Assembly: GCA_951406725.2 (NCBI GenBank)
Contig: OX597820.1
Coordinates: 65,596,001-65,660,000, forward strand
Direction of reading: 5' to 3'
DNA length: 64,000 nt
DNA from: Octopus vulgaris
Taxonomy: Eukaryota
The notes below the pieces were generated by a model. That model had not been told where the DNA came from. It did no database searches and saw only the letters and a list, made by a program, of their open reading frames with translations. This document shows positions 52,392-64,000 of the stretch, piece by piece (position 1 is the stretch's first letter; each line of letters starts with the position of its first letter). The translations under genes were made by a program, and so were the position numbers.

Positions 52392-53428
52392 TGTGGTCCG
52401 ATGTGGGCCATGTGGTCCGATTCCTCATTTGAATGACTTCGTTAGATATGGCCGAAATCTATCAAAGTATATATATATATCTATATTTAAATAGATATGA
52501 AGATATTATTGCTTTATAATATCAGTGGCTTAGCATGCGTAAAAAAACCCATAAAAGTAAAAACTACTAGTTAATATTTAGGGATGCTAACAGGTATCAG
52601 CGGCATGCTGACATAGAAGTCAAAATGACCAAACCACAAGTTTATACTTAAACACAAAGGTGAAAGCGGGCACATGAATAAAAACCCTAAGACCCCAGCA
52701 CCAATAACGAAGATAATCTAAAATTGAAATGTCAGACATACACATATCACTGTAATTTCGAACTTTGAGAAATACCCTTACTTCATCTTCAGCGTGTCTT
52801 ACTGAGCCCAGTGTTATAGAGCTTATATTTATATATAAATGTATATGTGAATATATAGATACGCATATATACATATATATATATATATACACACACGCGC
52901 GCGTAGATATATACACACATACACACACACATATAGAGCAGATTTCTACTGGATAAAAATCAAATTTCTGGTCTTCATTTATGATTTATGCAACAACTTT
53001 GTATTGAAAACAGATTATTTTTCGAACGTTTTTCGTTTTTTTTTGTCTAAGTCCTATCCAACCCTTAACTGACGGACATTAATGAAGAGTCATTTGGAAA
53101 CACTATCTGATGTAACTCGGAGTTCTAGATGCTTAAAATAAAGTCCGATCTACCACACGATGTGTGACACATTCACCACATATTGTTTAGTTGCTCGCAT
53201 ACAATACCTTGTGTGTTATATCAGACATGAAACTCTGAATAACACTATATTACATCAGCCTAGCTTATTCCGCATTAACGTTGAACTTTGTAAGAATAAG
53301 AGTTAAGCTCCAGTTGCAGAATACTTTATGTTCAACATCGATCTTTTTTATATAATTGTGGACTATCATGATATTTTTTCCTTCTAGAAAACTATATGCC
53401 TGCGTGTACGTTTGTGGTATGTGTGTTC

Positions 53429-53494
<66 letters not shown>

Positions 53495-53533
53495 GTATGC
53501 ATATATGATATATGCAACTCTCTCTCTTTCTCT

Positions 53534-53573
<40 letters not shown>

Positions 53574-54599
53574 TTGTATACGCATATAAATATACATATT
53601 TGATTTTATACGTTTATGTACTTTTATGTTTGTATATATAAGTATATATATATGTGTGTGTGTGTGCGTATATCTTCATACATACATAAGCTTATCTGTA
53701 TATTCACAGATACATCTATATATAAATATACGTGCGTGCGTGTGTGTGTGTGTGTGTGTGTGTGTAATGCATTCCTCTAGTTGATGTCCATTTGGTGATG
53801 CTCGAAGAAATCTCCTGTACCATGATGTGAAAAGGTCTTCTATATATTAATTCAATTATATCATAACAGAAAGACAAGACTGGCAAAATCATCAAAACAA
53901 CCACGGTTGAATGATTTCAGAAGTGAAGTCAGTTTCGGTAATTCGGCCATTCACTGAGTTCATGTAAATGAAGAAAATGATTTTGGCATTCTTCTTTCTT
54001 ACAAGCACAAATCTGATTGTATTGGAAACATTGATATAAAAAAAAATCATTAGCTTTGATCAGGTTTTCGCTTCTTCTGCTGAATAATCAATATTTATTG
54101 TTTAGTGGGCGAAACGGAAGAACGAACGACCGGGTAAATATCTTGCATTATTTAGTTTTTCGCCATACCTCTATAGGTTGAACTTAAAATCCCGCTTGGG
54201 TTTTACTTTGCTTTTCGTCTCCCCAGGAGCAAGAGGTAATAAAAAAATATCTAGTATAGGTATGTGGTAAAGAAGTTGGACGCAGGTGTGGCGGCGTTGG
54301 CTTGTAACTGAAAGGGCGCATAGTTGTATGGTTAAAAGTCTGTTGCGGGCCATAGTTTTATGCTTAAGCGGTTTGGAGCATGAATGGTTTTGTTGTCAAG
54401 AAGTAAAGCTCATAGATCGGATGTAGACAACCTTTTTCGAGAAGCGGGCTTCATGGTGCTTCGTGGGGCGGACTGCACAACTAAAAGTTTCCGAAGTAGT
54501 TCAAGATGTTTCATTAGGCATGTCATTGAGGAAATCTCGTGGGCCTCAGTATACTCATGACTGGTGTATGTGACGGCCTGGTTATAAAGATGGGGGCCG

Positions 54600-54745
54600 G
54601 TAGGGCTCTGTATTTAAGGATTTAGCTTCACAAGCACAAGGTTCCGGGTTCAAACTCAGAAAAGTGTTTTCTTCCTTAGTCCCCGGTCGATCAAAGCTTT
54701 GTGAGAAATATTTCATAAACGGAAACAGTGTAGAAACTCGTAGGA
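54600..54745 (+). mobile_element. Decayed SINE family A head
   Basis: caaggttccgggttcaaact...ggtcgatcaaagctttgtgag...aacggaaacag. Confidence 0.55.
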
Positions 54746-55104
54746 GAGGTTATTCTTGGGTGATGGAAGTTAATCCATCATCCGGTCTAACAACATACTC
54801 CGATGACTTTTATAGTGGTTATTCTGTTGTAAGCGTCGTTCCTAGTTTCCTATCCTGGTGATAACTTCACCGCTTCTGCCCATTCTTTCTCTGACAATAT
54901 CCTAGCGATGCAATTCATTATCCTACGCTGCAACAATCAATGATTGTTTATTAAGTTAAGGACCATTTTGCATTTCTTATTATTCCACAGTCATTGAAAA
55001 AACTGTAATGGCCAAATACTGAAGTGGATGCAACCGGCTAACCTCCTTCCACAAAAACTGCTGACCTCGTGCATAAATCTGAAAACAATAGTATTAATAT
55101 TTTA

Positions 55105-55690
55105 CTTCTTAGAGTTCTCGGTCTTACTTACTCTGGTTGATTCTGCTTGAACAGACAGCAACTTATTGTCAGAAGTCTCACAGCGTCTTTTTCCGCAAAT
55201 TATAAGCTTTGGTACTTGGATCTTAACTTATCGTGAAAGGCACGCAACACCCAAGCACCATTCTCAAAATCCTTGTTGTTCCCAATAGAGCAGTTTTGAG
55301 GGCCCGCTCTGCCCTCATATCAATTCCAATTTCTCCAACATACTTCTCGAACTTGGTTGTTAGTACTCCGAGTGCCCCTACAACTACAGGGATAACAGTT
55401 ACTCACCCACTTACCCCCACATTCTTGCAATTTCGTCTTTTAGTAGTCTGTATTTCTCCCATCTTTTCCTCGCTTTGTCATCTACACGCGCATCCCCAGG
55501 GATGGTAATATCTATCATTGCAGTTTTATTTTTATTTTTTTCATCTACCACACCAATGTCTGGTCTCCGAGAATCGATTAGGGAGTTACATTGGATTGTA
55601 AAATCTCACAGGATTTTATATTCATTGTTCCCAATGACGCCCTCTGGTTCATGTTCGTAACATTTCCGTGCTCTGCCCAGGCTGTAATTT
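55105..55690 (-). mobile_element. R4/Dong-like LINE 3' fragment (RLE domain and 3' UTR)
   Basis: YEHEPEGVIGNNEYKIL*DFTIQ..RRPDIGVVD..MIDITIPGD..EKYRLLKDEIARMW..PVVVGALG..TALLGTTRILRMVL. Confidence 0.85.
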
Positions 55691-55739
55691 TCAGTCTCCA
55701 CTGAATCGTACTTTTTACACAGTTTTTATTGTCATTGAA

Positions 55740-56226
55740 GAGAGAGCAGCACAAGTCATTAAACTGAAGCTGGGTTACAAATGTACGAAGCCCAATATAC
55801 CTAACATAGCTACTCGTCTGATATGTGCACACCAGGTACATGCATCATAATCATATGTGCACGATACAGTGACCTCTTATCAAAATAGGCAGCGCATGAC
55901 CTTCAGGTGGGGCCCAGTTAGAATTCCCTTCAGGTCGAGAAGCCCATCCTTTTCAAAAGGTCATTGAATAAGTGTTGTTTAAGAATGATGAACGAAATAC
56001 CCATGTTTCCAGAGGTGAAAAAAAATGTCTCAAACACATGGCTATGATGCTTCCCCACTACAGCTTGTGATCAGAGATGCATATATCATCAGCCACTAAG
56101 AGACATACTCAATTCGTTAAGATCAAGCAAATGACAAGCAAATTTACGGTTTTGAGCAGAATATTTACCATAGCCCACATTTGACACAAACATATGCATG
56201 ATAATACTTCCACTCAGTTAAGATCA
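55740..56226. mobile_element. Family E repeat
   Basis: Homologous to 15802-16325 (gtggggcccagttagaatt.ccttcaggtcgag; cagccactaag). Confidence 0.85.
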
Positions 56227-57128
56227 ATTTTGTATTCATCACATCGGGAGCTGATATGAAAAACGAAAATTTTCAAATTATGTACTAGAATCGTGTTCAT
56301 TGAATTCATCTTTATTTTATTTCCTCTGGCGAAAAATATCGGAAATCAGAGCGTCGTGTGAAATACTTTGAAATGTTTGTTTTAGTTCTCACCCTTCTGA
56401 GTTAAAATCCTGCTAACGCCAACTTGCTCCTTTCCTTTATTCAGAGTCGAAAAACAGAGTGTCAGTATAGGGAAGCGGCCAAGACAGATTCTTCGAAAGT
56501 CCACAACATGCCTTTCGGATTTTTGCGGGGATTTCTGTTCCGAATTCCGTGTAGAGAGAACCTTAATCAGTTACCTCTTTTGATACCAGCAATAACTTTT
56601 GGGTGACTTTAAAGGAGTTCAGTACTACAAGCATACAGACTATGTTTCCCATTTCAGGGTAACAATCGTCCCTTCTGTCCACATGTCTCGGAACACATGA
56701 AGACATTAGAAAAGGAGCCACGCGCACTGACATGTCTCTGACTTCTGACTAAAAGAAACATTATCCATCTCTTCTTGCTTTAAAAATATAGTAAGGTGTA
56801 ATTTTGAAATATTTAGTTTGTTTCCAGCAAATCGAGCGACCTTGTAGTTGCACGCTCGTTAGCTTAGGGTACGTAATTTAATGCTGCAAGAAACTGTTTT
56901 CTGTGATTTACTAATTTCTCTCATCATCCAACTAGTGTTCCTCCAGGGTCGATGTAAATGATGAGCCAAAGAAAAGAAGTGAAAAAAAAAGAAAAAATTT
57001 TTGTTACATAAAAACAACAAGTAAACGAAGAAATAAATATGCATGTATATATTTATATAGGTATGTATGTGTGTATGTTTGTGTGCGTGAGTGCGATTAT
57101 ATATAAATAAATAAATATACATATAAAT

Positions 57129-57195
<67 letters not shown>

Positions 57196-57575
57196 GAGAG
57201 AAAGAAAGAGAAAGAGAGGGACAGAAGATGAAGGACACTTTAGGAATGTGTGTCACGTGATCATCACAAGTATTGAGAATGTTGTTTCGAACTAATGAAA
57301 TGAAAAGAAAAAGGAACAAATGCAGAGATGAAGACAACAAAAATAACAATGTCAAAAAAAAAAAAAACAAAGGAAAAAAATGGCAAAAATTGAAGGAATG
57401 GTTCAAATGGCTTTATAAAAAAAAGAATAGAACACAGGATGAGGAATAAAACAAGGCAAAACAAGAGAACGTGAGGAAGGCTTGAAGGAACGGCAGAAAA
57501 TGTCCGCAAAATATTTTGTACACGGACGACATAAATAGACAGGTATGTATAAATATGTGTATGTTTGTATGTATG

Positions 57576-57673
<98 letters not shown>

Positions 57674-57722
57674 AGTTTGTGTGTGGGTATGTTATGCGTT
57701 ATACACACGAATATATATTTTG

Positions 57723-57761
<39 letters not shown>

Positions 57762-58473
57762 GCATTATACATCTATTTTTCATCTATCTTTCCGCATATC
57801 TACCTATGTGACTGTGTGTCTATCGCACATCCACATCTAACTCTCTTTCGCTTTCTTTCTCTCTCCTTGTGTGTGTATATATATATATATACATGCATTC
57901 TTACGTGCAAACATATTAATCAATTACAGACACACATATAAACATACTTATTTACATTCATACATACATACGTACAGACATACGTATGTATATAAAGAAA
58001 GCAAACAGCCTGCTAGTGTATACTATACAGAAAAGAAACAAAATGGTCGTTTGGCTTAAAGCACAGAACAAGGTCAACGTTACGTCAGTAAATGGAGATA
58101 TGCAAAAAGCAGATGATACAAAACAGTGCTATTCGAATATGATGTCTATTTTTTCTTTAGTGTTGTCATCTATTTCTAGCTTCCTTTGTCGCTTTTCTTT
58201 TATCGTTTCACGTTTGCTTTTTGCTTTTTTTTTCTTTCTTTTTTTTTTTGCTTATTCTTTCAGTTTTTGATTGTGTTTTTCTTTGTAGACACTACACACT
58301 AATATGAAACTGCATATAAATAATATCTATCCATCTGTCTCTCCATCTATGTATCTACTTATGTCTCCCACAGTCGTTATCCCTTGACACACACGGTACA
58401 CACACATAAATATGCATGCAAATATATACATTCACATAAAGATATATATATAGATATATAAATATATACATAC

Positions 58474-58538
<65 letters not shown>

Positions 58539-58829
58539 CATATAAGATACATATATATACTTAAGATAAATATATATATGTGTGTGTATATATATATATA
58601 TATATCGTTGTGCGAATATATATGCTAGAATGCATACTTATGTGTATGTTTGCGCATATGTGTGATCGTGTGTATACATACGTACGTGCTTATATTCCTC
58701 CTTGGCCTGAGTCACAATATATGTATATCCATGCATACGCGCACACACATAGAAGCACATATATATGTACGTATGTACGTTATGTATATGTGCATATATA
58801 TATATGCATACATACATACATTCGTACGT

Positions 58830-58891
<62 letters not shown>

Positions 58892-59251
58892 GTCTGTATG
58901 TATGTATGTATGCATGTATGTATGTATATGGATTAATAATGTGGAGAGGAAAACCATTATTAGCAGTATGACTATAATATAGAAAAAAATGTCTTTGCAT
59001 TGGATGTTCTACAAGACATCTTTCATAGAACTTCTTATATTAGCCTCTTTGTTCTTGTCCTTTATTTAGTGTCTTTCTTCTTTCTTCATTCTCTTTTCTC
59101 CTTACTTTTCTTTCTTTTTACTTTTAATTTCTTTCACCGAATCACTCCCCCTCTCTCTATTACTCTCTCTCACACTCTTTCATCTTTCTTCCCTTCTCTC
59201 TATAACTGCATCTATTCATTTTGGTATTTTACGCTTTCCTGCACATCGCAG

Positions 59252-59302
59252 GATGAACCAAAGGTCAATGGTGTCAATTTCTTTACGCAAGATTTCGTGT
59301 AA
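59252..59302 (+). CDS. Weak candidate host exon (47-nt internal exon, or terminal exon ending ...FFTQDFV*)
   Basis: A long pyrimidine-rich tract, then ttcctgcacatcgcAG|GATGAACCAAAG..., in non-repetitive sequence. Possible donor gtaaga at 59299, or in-frame TAA at 59300-302; AATAAA near 59533 and 59626. The protein is not recognised. Confidence 0.3.
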   Translation, partial: DEPKVNGVNFFTQDFV

Positions 59303-59925
59303 GATAATAATTGTAGCTTGTAGCGTTCAAGACTGCATTGTAAGAAGCAAGGTCAGAGAATTGCATTTTTCTTTCTTGTTTCTGTGGGTTTTTTTTATTT
59401 TTATTTCGTTTATATATTTATATTTTACATATCCAACAAAGATGGCGCACCTGGATGTCCAACACACTTGATACCTTCCTGTGTTGTGTCGCCTTCCAAT
59501 CAACATGGTTTTGCTTGCGATTGATTTATCCGAATAAATCTGAGGAAAAGAAAGAAAGAATGAAATAGACAGACGGTCAAAAAAATACAACTATAAAGGG
59601 AGACACTCTTCGGAAGATTGGACGGAATAAAATACAATACTATAAAGTAAATATACAAATGTGTGTTTGTGTGTGTGTGTGTGTGTATCAATATATGTAT
59701 GCAGCTATGTATATATGTATGCATGTGTACATACATATTGCACCACCAAACAAACAGATAGAGTGACAGACAGTCAAGGAAGAAAGAAGAAAATATTACG
59801 AAGGACTTATTCAATGAACGCAGATTAAAAGTCGTTATGTTTGTTTGTATAAGTATGTATAAAACTTGGTAAATTTGGAAGTAGGCATGTGCACGTAATA
59901 GGAGCATGCATATGCATATATTCTA

Positions 59926-59971
<46 letters not shown>

Positions 59972-59974
59972 GTG

Positions 59975-60024
<50 letters not shown>

Positions 60025-60075
60025 GTGTAAGAATATATACATACATATGCATATACATACATATAAATGTATATA

Positions 60076-60130
<55 letters not shown>

Positions 60131-60432
60131 ATGTACGTATGCATATACATGTATGCAAATATCTACATACATATACATACGCTTTAACATGTTGTATAGA
60201 TTAAACAATGTATATATTCCGGAGTGTAGAAAGTATTAGGTATGCTTCAGTAGGTAGTTGTATCCATATGTAATATATGCAATCAATGGGAGCAGGTGAG
60301 TGTGAAATATATATTTTCATAAATGAATGCTCAACATATAAGTACATTCATATGTATGATGGAAGATATTTGTATGTTTACGATATGTGCATATGTAAAG
60401 CGGTACGCCTGGGTTTGCATGATGCAAGCAAC

Positions 60433-60478
<46 letters not shown>

Positions 60479-60764
60479 GTATGTATATATGCATATTTGT
60501 ATATGTATATTTATATATATACATATATATATGTGTTATATATATACATATATATATATATGTATATATATATATATTCATATGCGCAGATAAGCATGTG
60601 TGTATGTACTTATATGTCGAGGTAAGTTGATAAAAGTTTATACATATACAGACTTGTTTGTATGCTCATATACATGTGTGCATGTATGCATGTACGTATA
60701 TATAGAGTCATACATAGATATATATATATACGATATATATGATGCATATATATATATAAAGAAA

Positions 60765-60767
60765 TAG

Positions 60768-60810
<43 letters not shown>

Positions 60811-60816
60811 TAGATT

Positions 60817-60908
<92 letters not shown>
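60765..60908. repeat. (GATA)n/(GA)n microsatellite
   Basis: Directly visible in the sequence. Confidence 0.95.
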
Positions 60909-61107
60909 TTATGTCTGTATGTATAAATGTATGTATATACAGACGATATAAAAGCAATTGTTTTTTTTTTGTGACAAAGAGGAAGAAGAATTTTTTACGA
61001 GTCTAGGTTGGGGGTTGGAAAGCTCTTAACATTTAAGATTGCTGGGCTTTTTTACTTTTCCGGCGGGGCGCACTTCTAAATAAGCATGGACGACAGTTCG
61101 GTATACT

Positions 61108-61145
61108 TAGCTGATGAAGCGAGAGGACGCAGAAAGGCCTGCAAC
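61108..61145 (+). ncRNA. Degenerate hammerhead-like motif
   Basis: tag-CTGATGA-a-gcg-agagga-cgc-a-GAAA-ggcc-t-g. Core and stem II are intact and stem III is palindromic, but position 17 is G and stem I is poor. Confidence 0.4.
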
Positions 61146-61917
61146 GGTCAGGTGACGTTCTTCATGACCATATAGTGTATTTTCATAATTTGTTATTTTC
61201 TTCACTAGATATCTAGAAAGGTAACTCTCAGTTGTCTAATAAGCGAAGCTTGTTTTATCGGAAATCAGTCAGTAGTACCTGCCAAAATTGCACATTGGCC
61301 GCTATGGTGGTATAAATTCACGAGAAAATGTAGAAAACAGTAACGTGGGGAAGTCCAGTCCAATTATGTTTGAAAAATATTTGAACATGTATCAGCTCTT
61401 CCCTACATGTTAACGTAGAGAAAAAACGTGAAAGAATTGTTTACATTTCGCGATAAATTTACACTAAGTACGATGCACAGATGACGGTTTCAATCTAATA
61501 GTGTTCCCGTTGCACATAAGGGACTTACTTTTATTCATCTGATCTCGTAATTGCAACACTATAGATTTTTCTGTTGCTGTTCGGATTTGTGTTAGTATGC
61601 AGTTGGTACTGGTTACATGCTACTGATAAAGCTCAATGAGGCAGAAATACTCACCGTGCAATTACACCGCCTCAGGTGGACAATTTTCGTCTGCTAATGA
61701 TCTATTTGTGCTTTAAACACAGTACTACCATAAGAGATATTATCTCCAGAACAATACAGCAGTAAATTTTCCCCTGTGATGAATATGCATATGGTATGAT
61801 ATACACTTGGGTATTTTAATGTAATACTGCTTCTGTTACACCTCACTCACACACACACACATACATACATGCATACATACATACATTCATACATATATAT
61901 ATATAAATATATATATA

Positions 61918-61951
<34 letters not shown>

Positions 61952-61952
61952 A

Positions 61953-61991
<39 letters not shown>

Positions 61992-62373
61992 CATACATAT
62001 AAACAGAGAGGCACAGAAAAGAGAGAGAGAGAGAGAGTGGAGGAGATACATCGTAGAAAATACACATCGGTCATACGTAAATTCATATCTAAATAATAAA
62101 ATTCTTGCACACATACAAACATATGTAAATATAAGGAGACACAGACATAAGTATATATAGAAGCCTTGAAACACACATATACATGCGCCCGCGCTCGTAC
62201 ACGCATACACCATCCAACACATACACATATGCATAAGGCATACACATATATATGCATACATGCCCAGACACACACGCACACACTATCATCTAGACACTCT
62301 GAAGATGTGTGTGGAAATTTTACAGAGTCATTTTCTGCTGCTACTGATGCTGCTGCTGCAGACGGCAAATATT

Positions 62374-62830
<457 letters not shown>

Positions 62831-63340
62831 ACTAATAAAAACGTCGTATATTTGGCTATTTGATTGAACGCCCATGAGTTAATTCATTTAGAATAATTTC
62901 ATATATATAGAAGTAATCTTTAGGACAGCTATATTCAATAACGTTAATGAGATAATTCATTAAATTATTAATTAATTGCTTGCACAAGGGTGTTAACCGG
63001 ACACTTTCATTTACTAAAAGATAGAGCGACATCTATGTCCTATCAATATCTTGCTAAATACATAATAGCACACACACACACACACACATACACACACATA
63101 CACACATGTACACACGCTTTACACGTAAGAATCAAAAGTTTTATTGAACCAATAAGGGAGCGTCTATGTATAATTTGTTGCCAACCTTTTCAGTTCAAAC
63201 TTACTTAAACTTAAGTGCCCCCACGTCTAACAGAACCGTTGAGTAGCCGCCCTCATTGCATCGTACCATCGTAAGTTTACCAGCTGTAGGTCCATCCAGC
63301 GGCGTATTTTGTGCCGCTGCTCCTAAGGTTTACACTTTTT

Positions 63341-63403
63341 CAAATTTACATTTTAAATTCTCAAATTTACATTTTAAATTTTCTCAAATTTTACATTTTA
63401 AAT
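63341..63403. repeat. Tandem repeat of about 21 bp, three copies
   Basis: caaatttacattttaaatt(ct) repeated three times. Confidence 0.85.
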
Positions 63404-64000
63404 CTTTTACGTATCTTGAGGTTTAACGAAGGAGCATTCTAAACTGAAACTCAACTTCTTGCATTTAGGAGAGAGACTCTAAATGGAGCTGTCACTGTTG
63501 ACTGGTAGCCGAGGTCTACGGAATGTAGTGTGGGTCACCTTCACTCAGGGAGACCTGGGGGTTGTTCGTCTTGAGTCTCCTCCGCCTTAGCCGTTGGCCG
63601 TAGCTGCAGCTTCTCCATCCGCCTTAGTGGTTCTGTGTTAAAAGCACCCTCTTGTATGCTTTAGCTTGCAAGTTCAGATGATGCTTCAGTGCGTGACACT
63701 TGGAACGATCACATGAGAGATTTAAGGCGTATGAGCTTGTGATCCCTGTCCAGCCTACCTTTCAAGCGACCGTGTGCTAGATACCAAAGCACTCAGCTTT
63801 TCTCAACAAAGGACCATTTTTATTCTCCTATGAATCCTCTCTCTCCATCTATCTTTGTAATATCTGTCTGTCATTACTCAAAAGCTTAATTTTAGTAACT
63901 GAAAATCTATATTATCAATTTTAGCAACTGTTAACAAAATTCTTCCCTTTTATCTCTTATCTAAAAGCTATGTATATATAACCAAATGCGAAACTAAATA

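Noticed and set aside
54350-54560. Possible PLE GIY-YIG fragment
   Set aside because: No motif recoverable in a consistent frame.
62296-62328. ctgaaga...gaaa hammerhead-like motif
   Set aside because: No stem II; better explained as a chance short hairpin.

Overview
This is AT-rich, microsatellite-dense, non-coding eukaryotic DNA (intron or intergenic). The SINE families and repeat landscape suggest an octopus/coleoid cephalopod genome, which is an inference from recalled sequences, not a database result. I cannot support any intact protein-coding gene; almost all ORF-track entries are translations of (TA)n, (CA)n, (TTA)n, (GAA)n or (GGT)n tracts. The window holds two decayed Tc1/mariner transposons (DD34D at 11307-12595 and DD37D at 38926-40148), several MITEs, about 30 tRNA-derived SINE copies in 3-4 families, and remnants of R4/Dong-like, RTE, CR1-like and Penelope-like retrotransposons. 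It also has a 5'-damaged tRNA-Leu(TAG) and one weak candidate host exon near 59252. The most notable signals are: (i) a terminally redundant 472-bp unit carrying a near-canonical type I hammerhead ribozyme, plus several decayed hammerhead-like motifs, two of them in a spacer-less ~595-bp palindrome; (ii) a (TAA)n cluster of R4/Dong-like fragments with an unclassified ~560-bp non-coding element; (iii) a tRNA-Leu/LINE-tail chimera; and (iv) a 3' stem-loop with compensatory changes shared by a SINE family and a LINE. All of these are transposon-related. I found no evidence for a new gene system.
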